The translations under genes were made by a program, and so were the position numbers. From a virus (Duplodnaviria; Caudoviricetes), in IMG/VR virus record IMGVR_UViG_3300037755_000534, positions 1-45,777 of that record: a DNA stretch of 45,777 nt; one strand, given 5' to 3'. The notes under the pieces are model-generated. The model ran no database searches. It was not told the DNA's origin and was given only the letters and a program-made list of their open reading frames with translations. Of the stretch, positions 35,480 through 45,382 are shown one piece after another; within the stretch, counting starts at the first letter, position 1; the number at the start of each line of letters is the position of its first letter.

Positions 35480-35949
35480 CTGTCCGCAGCAAGATCGTCG
35501 GCGCGAAGCAACTCGAAAACGCGCTCAAGCAGCTTCCCAAGGCGACGTCCAAGAACGTCCTGCGCCGGGCGCTGATCAAGGCCGCTGCGCCGACGGAGGC
35601 GGCGGCGCGTGCGATGGCGCCGCGCGGGCCGACCGGCAACTTGCAGGCGTCTATCGACGTTGGAACGAAGCTCAAGCCGTCACAGCAGGGCGCCCGTCGG
35701 CCCGGCGTCGAGGTGTATGTCGGCGCGACCGCGCCGCCCGGCTTTCACGCGCATCTGATCGAGTTTGGTACGGCGAAGATGGCTGCGCGTCCGTTCATGC
35801 GCCCGGCGTGGGAGCAGACGAAAGACAAGGTGCTCGAGATACTGAGCGTCGAGGTGTGGACCGCGATCGCCAAGGCGGCGCGTACCCTGGCGCGCAAAGC
35901 CGAGCGGGGTAAGTTGAGCAAGACGGCACGGAGGATGCTCGGTGGCTGA
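35476..35949 (+). CDS. HK97 gp10-like tail component
   Basis: TGNL..SI, HLIEFGT.KM.ARPFMRPAW. Confidence 0.85.
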   Translation: MTVRSKIVGAKQLENALKQLPKATSKNVLRRALIKAAAPTEAAARAMAPRGPTGNLQASIDVGTKLKPSQQGARRPGVEVYVGATAPPGFHAHLIEFGTAKMAARPFMRPAWEQTKDKVLEILSVEVWTAIAKAARTLARKAERGKLSKTARRMLGG

Positions 35950-36340
35950 CCTGGCGGAAGGACTCCGTACGTTCCTGCTCGCCGACGCCACGGTCGCGGC
36001 GCTGGTGGGGACGCGCATGTCGCCGCAGCCGCTCCCGCAGGGCTCGGCGCTCCCGGCGCTGACATACACGCTGGTCAATTACGAGCAGCCGGTTTCGCAC
36101 AACGGCACCAGCGGACTCGAGCACCATACGATCCAGATCGATTGTTGGGGCGCTGACACGGGCGCAGCGGTCGCGTTGTTCACGGCCGTCCGCAAGAGAC
36201 TGCGGGGATATACCGGACTCGTCGGAACGGTTCGTGCGCAAGGGATATTTCTTGCGCAGGCGCGCGATTTGTACGATGATGAAACCAAGGCACATCGGCG
36301 TATTGCCGATTTTTCCGTATGGAATGAGGAGTCGGATTAA
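35942..36340 (+). CDS. tail terminator/completion protein (DUF3168-like)
   Basis: LVGTR..P.LTY..QIDCW; gene order. Confidence 0.8.
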   Translation: MADLAEGLRTFLLADATVAALVGTRMSPQPLPQGSALPALTYTLVNYEQPVSHNGTSGLEHHTIQIDCWGADTGAAVALFTAVRKRLRGYTGLVGTVRAQGIFLAQARDLYDDETKAHRRIADFSVWNEESD

Positions 36341-36783
36341 TGGCCGAAACCAACGCACTTATCGGTTATGGCGTCCATCTGGCGCGTGGCGACGGCGCGT
36401 CGCCCGAGGTGTACACGAACCTCGCCGAACTGATCGACCTGACCACGCCGAGCATGACGAAGGATCAGGTCGAGGCGACGCACACCGATTCGCCCGACGG
36501 GTTCCGCGAGTTCATTCCGGGGCTCAAGGACGGCGGCGAGTTCTCGGCGACGTGCAACTATGCGCCCGGCAACGCGACGCAGGGCAACGCATCGGGCGGC
36601 GCGCTCAACGACTTCATCAACGAAACCAGTTCGCGCAACTGGCGCATCACCTTCCCGGGCTCGCCGGCCACGACGTGGACGTTCAAGGCGACCATTATCG
36701 GGTACGAGATCGCGACGCCGATGGACGATCGGATCACGATCACGATCTCGTTCAAGGTCGCCGGGGCGCCGACCATTGCCTGA
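36340..36783 (+). CDS. major tail tube protein
   Basis: EATH.DSPDGFREFIPGLKDGGE..KVAG.P. Confidence 0.88.
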   Translation: MAETNALIGYGVHLARGDGASPEVYTNLAELIDLTTPSMTKDQVEATHTDSPDGFREFIPGLKDGGEFSATCNYAPGNATQGNASGGALNDFINETSSRNWRITFPGSPATTWTFKATIIGYEIATPMDDRITITISFKVAGAPTIA

Positions 36784-37422
36784 CAACGCGCATCGCGGCG
36801 AGGTGAACGTGCCCGGACTCGGCGTCCTGTCCTACGATTGGGACGCCGTTGCCCGGCTCGTCGCCGCGCTCGGATCCGACTTCGATACGAAGATCACGCA
36901 AGCGGCGCTCGAAACGGATATGGAGACGCTCGCTACCGCTGTGGCCATCGGGCTCGGCGAGTCGGTCGAATACGTCAAGGACATTTCGCCGCCGATCACG
37001 CTGACCGTCGCCGCCGTCATGGAGGCGCTCAATCTCGCATTCAACGGCCAGCGGGAGGCGTCGCCGGCGGACGGCTCGGAAAACCCTCCCGCGGCGATAT
37101 CGTCGCGGAAGCGCGGGAGCAAGCGTACCGCGCGGGCTTGAAGCCTGCCGAGTTCTGGAGCCTGACGCCTTACGAGTCGGCCATATGGTGCAGGCAGGCA
37201 ACGGAGCGCGAGGGGACGGCGTACAAGATCGCGGTGTTCGGCGCATGGCATTCGGCGGTATTCGCGCGGCAGAAGAAAGTCCCGAACCTCGAGAAGATCA
37301 TGCGCCGCTTTGATCGATCCGAACCGGTAAAGCCACAGTCCGCGGCGTCGCTGCTCGCCAAGGTGCGCGCGCTCAACGCGGCGTTCGGCGGGCGCGACCT
37401 GTCGGGGGGCAAGAATGGCTGA
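36776..37422 (+). CDS. tail assembly chaperones G (36776-37141) and G-T via -1 frameshift
   Basis: GGAAAAC at 37078-37084; -1 frame continues GLKPAEFWSLTPYE; lies between tube and tape measure; TTG start uncertain. Confidence 0.7.
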
Positions 37423-39457
37423 ACCGATTGGCGCACTCCGCGCGGACCTGAGCGCCAATGCCGCGCAGTTCGAAAAGGACATGGGGCGCGCCCGTAAAGC
37501 GGTGCGCAATTCATCCAAGTCCATGCAAGGCAGCCTCAATAAATTCGACAAGGCTGTCGCTGGCGCGATCAAGACCGTATTCAGTTGGAAAGCCGCGCTC
37601 GCCGCGGTCGCCGGTGCGGTCGGACTCGGGCTGCTGATCAAGCGCGCGATCGAGACGGCCGACAACATCGCCAAGACGGCGCGCGCGATCGGCGTCCATA
37701 CCGACACGCTGCAGGAGCTTCGCTACGCCGCGAACCTGGCGGGGATATCGACGGGCGCGCTCGACGGCGCGCTCACGGCGTTTTCCAAGCGTGTCGGCGA
37801 GGCGCGCGCCGGGACCGGAACCCTCGTGACTATCCTGAAAAAAATGAGCCCGACGCTGCTCGAGCAGGTGAAGGCCGCGGAAAATGTCGATCAGGCGTTC
37901 AACGTCGTGGTCGACGCCGCGGCGAAGATGGGCAACGAACTGGACCGGAACGCGCTGCTCGCCGCTGCGTTCGGCCGGACGGCCGGCGTGAAGATGGCGA
38001 ACATGATCGGTGAGGGGACGGCCGGCATCGAAAAGATGCGCCAGGAGGCGCGCGAACTCGGGCTTGTGCTCGACAGTCACATGCTCAAAAAAGCCGAGGA
38101 GGCAAGCGACCAACTCGACCGCATGTCGCAAATTCTCGGCGTCAACCTGACGCGCACGCTGATCAGCCTGTCGCCGCAGATCATCGCGCTGGGCGACGCG
38201 TTCATAAAGCATATCAAGCCGTTTACCGAGTGGCTGATATCGAAGTTGCCCGACGCGACCGCCAGCGCCTCCGAACTGGAGAAGCGGATCGCCGCACTGC
38301 AGGAGCGTATCGCGACGTTCAACCCCGGTATCGGGATCGCCAGCATCGCGGGCAACCGAAACCTCGCGAAGATGAAAGAGGAACTGTCGGAACTGAACCT
38401 GTTGCTCGTCGAGCGGCAGCGTAGGGAGGCGATGGTCACGGCGGCGATTGTCGGCGGGCTCGACGAGCAGTCTCAAAAAATACAGGGCATTCGCGCCGAA
38501 CTGGAATACGAGCGCGAGCAACTTGGGCGGACCGAAGTCGGGCAGCAGCTTTATAACCTGGCGAAGAAAGCCGGCATTGATGTCACGAACTCATACGTCG
38601 ATGCTATTCAACCGCTGATCGTCGCGCTCGAGGCGGAAAAGAAGGCGCAGAAGGACGCCGAGAAAGCGACGAAAGACGCGACCAAAAAGCGCGAGCAGCT
38701 TGAGTCCCGCGGCAAGTCCGTAACGGAGTCGGTGCGGACGGCGACGGAGGAATACGGCGCGAGCGTCACCGACTTGCGCGAACTGCTCGACTCCGGTGCG
38801 ATCAGTCAGGACACGTTTACGCGTTCCGTCACCGCCGCAAAAAAGAAGATGGACGAGGCGAGCGACTCGACGAAGCAGAACAAGGAACTCGCGAAAGACC
38901 TGGGGATGACGTTCACCAGCGCATTTGAGGATGCGGTTGTTTCCGGCGGCAAACTGTCGGACGTGCTGCAGGGCATCGAAAAGGATCTGATACGGCTCAT
39001 GCTGCGCCGGTTTGTGACGCAGCCGCTCGTGGGCGCGCTCGAAGGGGTTAACTTCGGAAGTCTGTTTGGCGATGGTGGTGGCAACGGGTTTGTGAATACC
39101 TCCGGGATTATGGATACGTCGGGATTCGCGCACGGCGGCATGCACAAGGGCGGTTTCCGCATCGTCGGCGAGCAGGGCCCGGAGCTTGAGGCGACCGGAC
39201 CGGCGCGGATCTACAGCGCGAGCAAGACGGCCGAAATGCTGGGCGGCGCGGCGCAGGGTGGCGACGTGATCGTGAACGTGTATGCGCCGCCGGGATCGAA
39301 GGTCGAACAGCGCGAATCGCAGGGACCGGGCGGGCGTTCGCTTGACGTCATTATCGACGAGGCTGTCGCGCAGAACATCGGCATGCCGGGCAGCAGGACG
39401 GGGCGTGCGATGCGCGCCAGTTTCGCCGGGCTCAATCCAACACTGCAGGGGCGTTAG
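37415..39457 (+). CDS. tape measure protein (680 aa)
   Basis: Ala-rich helical protein; FAHGG..VGEQGPE C-terminus. Confidence 0.9.
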   Translation: MAEPIGALRADLSANAAQFEKDMGRARKAVRNSSKSMQGSLNKFDKAVAGAIKTVFSWKAALAAVAGAVGLGLLIKRAIETADNIAKTARAIGVHTDTLQELRYAANLAGISTGALDGALTAFSKRVGEARAGTGTLVTILKKMSPTLLEQVKAAENVDQAFNVVVDAAAKMGNELDRNALLAAAFGRTAGVKMANMIGEGTAGIEKMRQEARELGLVLDSHMLKKAEEASDQLDRMSQILGVNLTRTLISLSPQIIALGDAFIKHIKPFTEWLISKLPDATASASELEKRIAALQERIATFNPGIGIASIAGNRNLAKMKEELSELNLLLVERQRREAMVTAAIVGGLDEQSQKIQGIRAELEYEREQLGRTEVGQQLYNLAKKAGIDVTNSYVDAIQPLIVALEAEKKAQKDAEKATKDATKKREQLESRGKSVTESVRTATEEYGASVTDLRELLDSGAISQDTFTRSVTAAKKKMDEASDSTKQNKELAKDLGMTFTSAFEDAVVSGGKLSDVLQGIEKDLIRLMLRRFVTQPLVGALEGVNFGSLFGDGGGNGFVNTSGIMDTSGFAHGGMHKGGFRIVGEQGPELEATGPARIYSASKTAEMLGGAAQGGDVIVNVYAPPGSKVEQRESQGPGGRSLDVIIDEAVAQNIGMPGSRTGRAMRASFAGLNPTLQGR

Positions 39458-39459
39458 AC

Positions 39460-39825
39460 ATGGCCACATGGCCCGCAAGCCTGCCGCAATCGCTACTCCT
39501 GGACCTGAAACGCAAGCGCCAGGGTGGCAAGATACGATCCGATATGGACACGGGGCCGGCGAAGCAGCGCGCGCGCTTCACGGCCGCTGTGCAGCAGTAC
39601 GAGGGCGCGTTGCTCCTGACCGGCGCGCAGCTTGCCACCTTCAAGACGTTTTATGAGAACACGCTGGGCCAGGGCGCCGCGTCGTTCACCTGGATCGATC
39701 CGATCACGGACGCGTCCGCATCCCTGCGTTTCATGGAGGAGCCCGAGGATACGCTCGTGCGGGCGCACGACGATCCTGACTTGCGCCTCTACCGCGTGAC
39801 CATGCCGCTCGAGAAGCTGCCGTGA
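39460..39825 (+). CDS. distal tail/minor tail protein
   Basis: WP.SLP..IRSDMDTGPAKQR.RFT..FY..L..G..FTW. Confidence 0.75.
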   Translation: MATWPASLPQSLLLDLKRKRQGGKIRSDMDTGPAKQRARFTAAVQQYEGALLLTGAQLATFKTFYENTLGQGAASFTWIDPITDASASLRFMEEPEDTLVRAHDDPDLRLYRVTMPLEKLP

Positions 39826-40283
39826 CGGACGCGCTGACAGCCAGTGCGTTCGCTGCCGACACGGACGAGGTGTGGCTTGTGCTCGTGACGATCGAGCACG
39901 CCGATATTTCACCGCCGATTCGCGTCGTTAACAATACGGAAAACATCACCAGCCGCAGCGAATTGTTCGTTGCCTTCCCGTTCAGTATCACGTTGCCGGA
40001 CAGCCGGGAGGATGCGCCGCCGCGGGCGCGGCTGACGATCGACAACGTGAGCCGGGAGATCGCCCAGGCGGTGCGTACCATCACGAGCGCGCCGGTCGTA
40101 ACGATCGAGGTGGTGCGCGCCGCGGACCCGGACACCGTTGAAATATCCTGGCCGTTCTTCACCTTGCGTAACATCAAGTGGGACGCGGGGAAGGTGAGCG
40201 GCGAACTGACGCTTGAGGACTTCACCTCCGAGCCGTATCCGGCGGGCATCTTCTCGCCGGCGAGCTTTCCGGGGCTGTTTTGA
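39822..40283 (+). CDS. minor tail protein (DUF1833-like)
   Basis: PF.ITLP..LTIDNV..EPYP..F.P..FPGLF. Confidence 0.75.
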   Translation: MTDALTASAFAADTDEVWLVLVTIEHADISPPIRVVNNTENITSRSELFVAFPFSITLPDSREDAPPRARLTIDNVSREIAQAVRTITSAPVVTIEVVRAADPDTVEISWPFFTLRNIKWDAGKVSGELTLEDFTSEPYPAGIFSPASFPGLF

Positions 40284-40337
40284 CTTGACGCCCCTTGGAG
40301 CGTCACCCATGCTGTACGGGTTCCCGGGAGGTTCGCC

Positions 40338-40559
40338 GTGCAATTCTGGTACGTTATATTATTTCATGGCGCTTTTTACGCGTCGTCGCCGGCACAGGTG
40401 GCCGATATGGCGACCTGTGAACGGCGCGCGCCCGTCATTTCCAAAATGGTATGGGAGCGCGTCTATCCGTTTCGACTCGACGTCCACCCCCAGGACGTCA
40501 CCGTAAAATGCGTCCGGTCGGCGGTCAAACCTTCGACGAGTGGCAGCTTAGCGCCATAG
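40338..40559 (+). CDS. small inserted gene with its own promoter
   Basis: TTGACG-17-CATGCT (40285-40313), GGAGG RBS, GTG start; overlaps the next gene. Confidence 0.45.
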   Translation: MQFWYVILFHGAFYASSPAQVADMATCERRAPVISKMVWERVYPFRLDVHPQDVTVKCVRSAVKPSTSGSLAP

Positions 40560-40927
40560 GCGTCCCTTTCGTCCCGTTCGGCCGTGACTATTACGGGTGG
40601 GATTGCTACGGACTCGTCGTCTGCGCCTATCGCGACGTCCTGGGCGTGACACTGCCCGACTTCGAATACAAATCGGTCAAGGATTACGACAATATCGCCG
40701 CGATCTTCACGTCGCAAATCGCCCCGGTGTGGCGCCCCGCCCGCGGGGACGTGATGGACGTTGCGTGCATCTGGCGTCGCGGGCGTCCAATTCATGCGGG
40801 ACTTGTGGTAGGCAAGCGGCGTATCATGCACGTCGAACATGGAATCGAGACGTGCGTCGAGCCCGTAACGAACATGAGAGTCGAGGGGTACTATGTACCG
40901 GCTAGTTGCAGCGCCTCACCCGTTTAA
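40508..40927 (+). CDS. NlpC/P60 tail peptidase
   Basis: GRD..GWDCYGLV..H.G..MH. Confidence 0.85.
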   Translation: MRPVGGQTFDEWQLSAIGVPFVPFGRDYYGWDCYGLVVCAYRDVLGVTLPDFEYKSVKDYDNIAAIFTSQIAPVWRPARGDVMDVACIWRRGRPIHAGLVVGKRRIMHVEHGIETCVEPVTNMRVEGYYVPASCSASPV

Positions 40928-43900
40928 GACCGAGACGATCGAGCGCACCGTTCCGGAAGGGCTGACGCTGCTTGAGATGCTTGAGCTATCGCAGGTCGAC
41001 CCGGTGCTGCGCGCACACGCGCACATATGGATCGGCGATCAGTACGTCCCGCGCGACCGTTGGCGCCTGGTGCGTCCGAAGGCGGGCGCCACGATCACGT
41101 TGCGTGTCGTGCCGCATGGCGGCGATGGTGGTGGTAAGAATATCCTGCGCACCGTGCTGATGATCGCCGTTATGGTGGTGGCGATATGGGTTACGGGCGG
41201 TGCCGCGGCCGGACTGTTGGGCGCCGCCTTTGCGGCCGGAACGACAGGCGCGGTGGTGTTGGGCGCCGCTGTGACGATTGCGGGTACCCTGCTCATAAAT
41301 GCGATTGCGCCTATCCGACCGCCGAGCATGGGCGACCTGTCGGGGACGAGCACGCGAGACTCGCCGACACTGTTTATCGAGGGTGCGCGCAACGCGGTTC
41401 GTCCGTTTGGTTCCGTGCCGTCCGTGCTCGGGGTGCATCGTCACGTTCCGCCGCTAGGGACACAGTCCTATAGCGAGGTGGTGGGCGACGATCATTACCT
41501 GCGGATGCTCGTCGTATGGGGTTACGGGCCGCTCAAGATCGAAGATATCAAGATCGGCGAGACGGCGATTACCGAGTTCGACGGCGTACAGATCGAGACG
41601 CGGGAGGGGCGCGCCGGCGACGCGCCGCTAACGCTCATTCCCGACACTGTAAGTGAGGATGCCTTTTCAATCCTGCTCACCCAGGCGGCGGATTGGCAGA
41701 CGCGCACCGCGCAACCGGACGCCGACGAACTGAGCGTCGACGTCACATTCCCGCAAGGGCTGGTGGCGTTCAACAGCGAGGGCGGTCGCGATATCAAGAA
41801 CGTCACGGCGCAGATTCAATATCGGGAGGTTGGTTCTGGCACATGGTTTACACCCGCGTTCACCGCATTCACGACGTCGACCGCGTGGATATCGGGCGAC
41901 ACCATCGTATTTAGCAGTAACCGCACCAGCGCCATTCGGCATGGGTTCCGCTGGGCCGTCCCGTCGCGCGGCGACTATGAAGTACGAATTCGCCGTACCG
42001 AGACGGATAGCACAAGCACTCAGATAATGGATCAACTTGTGTGGACCGCGCTGCGATCGATCAAGGACGAGGATCCGATCAACTTTGCGTTCCCCGTGGC
42101 CAAGACAGCACTCGTGATCAAAGCCACGGATCAACTTAACCGCGCGGTCGACGAACTGAACGCTACGGTGAGCAGTTACGTCACGAGCTACACCGGGGGT
42201 TCCCCGGCATGGACGGAAGCGGTGAGTAGCAACCCCGCCGATCTGTTCCGTCACGTGCTGCAGGGCAACGCGAACGCTCGCCGCCTGGCGGACGCCCGCG
42301 TGGATATCGATAAGCTCGAGGAGTGGCACACGTTCTGCGCCGCTAACGGATTCGAGTTCAACATGATACGGGACTTTCAGGTGTCCGTGTGGGACACGCT
42401 GGCCGATATCGCCGCGGTGGGACGGGCGTCGCCGGCGCAGGTGGACGGCAAGTGGTCCGTGGTGGTGGACGAGGAACAGACGGTTCCGGTGCAACATTTT
42501 ACGCCGCGTAATTCGTCGGGCTTCGAAGCGGAAAAGGGTTTCCCCGATCAGCCCGACGCGTTCCGGATGCGCTTCGCCAATCGCGAACAGGGGTGGCGCC
42601 AGGACGAGCGGATCGTCTATGCCGACGGCTTCACGTCGGCCAATGCGGAGGATTTCGACGGGCTCGACGCGCCGGGCATTACCGATCCGGAACACGTGTG
42701 GAAGTTCGCGCGGTTCCAGATCGCGCAGGCCAAGTTGCGTCCTGAGCGGTGGACGTTCAATGTCGATTTCGAGCATATCGTCGCGCGCCGCGGCGACCTG
42801 GTGCTCGTGACGCATGATGTCCTGCTCGTGGGGCTGGCGTCGGGGCGTATCAAACAGGTGCTTACGGGCGGCTCGCCTGAGATGATCACAGGGCTTGTCG
42901 TCGACGAGGTGTTGACGATGGAAGCCGGCACGGACTACGGGCTTTCCATCCGGACCGTCGCGAATGCTGAGGTGACAAAACAGATCGTCACCAGCGCCGG
43001 CGATCAAACCACGGTGACGTTCACCGCACCTTTCGCGCTCAGCACAGTCGGGGTGGGCGATCTGTTTGGCTTCGGTCAGTTGGGTAGCGAGACGATCGAG
43101 GGGCTGCTGCTGAGTATCGAGCCGTCGACCGACCTTGCGGCGCGCATCGTCTGCATCCCCGCATCGCCGGCCGTATACGACGCGGATACCGGCGTCATCC
43201 CCGCGTTCGATACGAAACTTACGCCGCAAGCGGGCGTACCGATCGCTAATATAACGAGCGTACGGTCGGACGAATCTGTATTGCACCTGGGCAGCGGCAA
43301 TACCCTGGTGCCGCATATCGCCGTGAGCGTCGTAGCGGTGAACGATCCCAATGTAAGTCTTGACGTACAGATCCGCGCGACCGGTACGGACGAACCGTAC
43401 TATGCGGCTGATGTCGTAAGCGTGCAGGGCAGCGACTATCTGATCGGTGGCGTCGAGCAGGGACGGTCATATGACCTGCGGGCTCGATGGCGCGATCCGG
43501 TACGTCTTCCGCCCGCGTGGACAATCGTTTTCAACCATCGCGTCGTCGGGCAGACGAATCCTCCGGCGGCGCTCGTCAACGCGACGATCAGCGTCTTCGG
43601 CGGCAGCGCGCTGATACGGTGGGATCGCCCCGCCGAGCTTGACGTTCGGTTCGGCGGGGAGGTCCGCTTTCGCCACACGCCCGAAACGGACGTGACCGCG
43701 GCCGCGTGGCAATCGTCAACCAGCATCGGCACGGCGGCAAAAGGCGACGCGCTGTTCGCATCCCTGCCGCTCAAGCCCGGAACGTATGTGGCGCGGGTGT
43801 TCGATAAGGGAGGGCGCCCGAGCGATCCGGTTGCGTTGAGTACCAAGCAAGCGTCGGTGCTCGCATTCGCCAATGTCGACAGCGTGACCGAGTCGCCTGC

Positions 43901-44390
43901 GTACAGCGGCGCGCACAGCGGGACCGTTGCTGATGCCGGCACGTTGAAACTGTCCGGAACCGGGTTGTTCGATGATATCGACGATTTCGATACGCTGGGC
44001 GACCTGGACGGTTTTGGTGGAATTGCAACGGAAGGAACATATTCCTTTGCCGGCGGGTTTGATCTTGGCGTTGTGACGCGGGTCAGATTGACCAGTAATG
44101 TCGACGCCAAGAGCGTGTTTACGCTCGATCGCGTAGACTTGCGCACGGCAAATATAGACTCGTGGGAAGACTTTGACGGTACTGAACAGTCGGCGGCGGA
44201 TTGTCGTGTACAAGTGCGACATACCGACGACGAACCGGCTGGATCACCGATTGCATGGTCCGTATGGAACGAGTTGGATTCCGCGGAGTTTGAGGCGCGT
44301 GGCTATCAATTTAGGGCGCAATTGACGACCGACGATCCTGCGTTTAATATACGCGTCGATACGCTCGCTGTGGTCGCGGAGGAAATATAG
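40893..44390 (+). CDS. tail tip/host-specificity protein (lambda I+J-like fusion, 1165 aa)
   Basis: N-terminal ubiquitin-like/TM-like part, SNPA, RGD.V.V.HD, FnIII-like C-terminus. Confidence 0.85.
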   Translation: MYRLVAAPHPFKTETIERTVPEGLTLLEMLELSQVDPVLRAHAHIWIGDQYVPRDRWRLVRPKAGATITLRVVPHGGDGGGKNILRTVLMIAVMVVAIWVTGGAAAGLLGAAFAAGTTGAVVLGAAVTIAGTLLINAIAPIRPPSMGDLSGTSTRDSPTLFIEGARNAVRPFGSVPSVLGVHRHVPPLGTQSYSEVVGDDHYLRMLVVWGYGPLKIEDIKIGETAITEFDGVQIETREGRAGDAPLTLIPDTVSEDAFSILLTQAADWQTRTAQPDADELSVDVTFPQGLVAFNSEGGRDIKNVTAQIQYREVGSGTWFTPAFTAFTTSTAWISGDTIVFSSNRTSAIRHGFRWAVPSRGDYEVRIRRTETDSTSTQIMDQLVWTALRSIKDEDPINFAFPVAKTALVIKATDQLNRAVDELNATVSSYVTSYTGGSPAWTEAVSSNPADLFRHVLQGNANARRLADARVDIDKLEEWHTFCAANGFEFNMIRDFQVSVWDTLADIAAVGRASPAQVDGKWSVVVDEEQTVPVQHFTPRNSSGFEAEKGFPDQPDAFRMRFANREQGWRQDERIVYADGFTSANAEDFDGLDAPGITDPEHVWKFARFQIAQAKLRPERWTFNVDFEHIVARRGDLVLVTHDVLLVGLASGRIKQVLTGGSPEMITGLVVDEVLTMEAGTDYGLSIRTVANAEVTKQIVTSAGDQTTVTFTAPFALSTVGVGDLFGFGQLGSETIEGLLLSIEPSTDLAARIVCIPASPAVYDADTGVIPAFDTKLTPQAGVPIANITSVRSDESVLHLGSGNTLVPHIAVSVVAVNDPNVSLDVQIRATGTDEPYYAADVVSVQGSDYLIGGVEQGRSYDLRARWRDPVRLPPAWTIVFNHRVVGQTNPPAALVNATISVFGGSALIRWDRPAELDVRFGGEVRFRHTPETDVTAAAWQSSTSIGTAAKGDALFASLPLKPGTYVARVFDKGGRPSDPVALSTKQASVLAFANVDSVTESPAYSGAHSGTVADAGTLKLSGTGLFDDIDDFDTLGDLDGFGGIATEGTYSFAGGFDLGVVTRVRLTSNVDAKSVFTLDRVDLRTANIDSWEDFDGTEQSAADCRVQVRHTDDEPAGSPIAWSVWNELDSAEFEARGYQFRAQLTTDDPAFNIRVDTLAVVAEEI

Positions 44391-44393
44391 GAT

Positions 44394-44675
44394 ATGAGAG
44401 TCGCCATACTCGATCCGGACAAGCGGCTTATAGGCGTCCGCACCGTCGACAAGGCAGGCAAGGCCGACATCGACGCGGGCGATCTTCCCGCGGACGGGCG
44501 GTACCGGTGGGACGGCAAGACGTTTATTCCGCAAGGATATGGCCACGGCAAGCCGGGGCGACCGGCCGTCGACCGCGACCGGGCGTTCTACCTGGCAATG
44601 ACGGCGCTGCTCGACGGTCGACCGATCCCGCAGGAGGTGCGCGCCTGGTGTACCTGGTATGAGAGGCACGGCTGA
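44394..44675 (+). CDS. hypothetical tail-associated protein
   Basis: Between tail tip and fibre; paralog at 136-363. Confidence 0.7.
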   Translation: MRVAILDPDKRLIGVRTVDKAGKADIDAGDLPADGRYRWDGKTFIPQGYGHGKPGRPAVDRDRAFYLAMTALLDGRPIPQEVRAWCTWYERHG

Positions 44676-45382
44676 TGGCGCAGCATGATTACAATATTGC
44701 CAACAGCGACGGCGCGACGGTCCGTGCGGACCTCAACGCGGTGCTCGAGGCGATCGCCTCGCTCAACAGCGGCGCCACGGCGCCGAGCACGACCTTCGCA
44801 CATATGCGATGGGCGGACACGTCGACCGGGCTGCTCAAGCAACGCAACGCGGCGAACAACGCATGGATCGTCAAGGGCACGCTCACCGACGTGATTACCG
44901 CGCTCGCTTCGCAGGCGGAAGCGGAGGCCGGCACCGCGACCGACCGGCTCATGACACCGGAGCGCGTGGCGCAGGCGATCGCGGCGCTCACTACATCGGT
45001 TTCACAAGCCACCCAATCCGCCATCGAGGCCGAGACCGACGAGGATACCTACGTCCCGCCCGATCTCGTCAGGCACAACCCCGGCGTGGCGAAGGTGTGG
45101 GCGTCCGTTGACCGCTCGGCCGGCACGCCGACGCTGAGAAGTCCATCATACAACGTCACGTCCGTTGGAGACGTTTCGGCCGGAGTGACATCCATAGTTA
45201 TCGGCGACGACTTCTCGACCGCCGTATACGTGCCTGTTGCGCAGGCCATAGAAGGCACCCCTCGTTTTACGGGAGTCACCATCATCGTGGTCGGAAGTTT
45301 TAGAGTGACGACGATCAACGAAGGCGCAGCGGCGCAGGACACGCAGGATTTCGTAGTCGCGGCCTTCGGAGACCAGGCATGA
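44675..45382 (+). CDS. tail fibre/receptor-binding protein, allele B (235 aa)
   Basis: Paralog of 350-1057; end of the tail operon. Confidence 0.75.
   Translation: MAQHDYNIANSDGATVRADLNAVLEAIASLNSGATAPSTTFAHMRWADTSTGLLKQRNAANNAWIVKGTLTDVITALASQAEAEAGTATDRLMTPERVAQAIAALTTSVSQATQSAIEAETDEDTYVPPDLVRHNPGVAKVWASVDRSAGTPTLRSPSYNVTSVGDVSAGVTSIVIGDDFSTAVYVPVAQAIEGTPRFTGVTIIVVGSFRVTTINEGAAAQDTQDFVVAAFGDQA

Noticed and set aside
39458-39466. Single 9-mer spacer matches (also at 1513, 3538 and 38315)
   Set aside because: The partner half-site is absent; lone 9-mers are expected by chance in 45 kb
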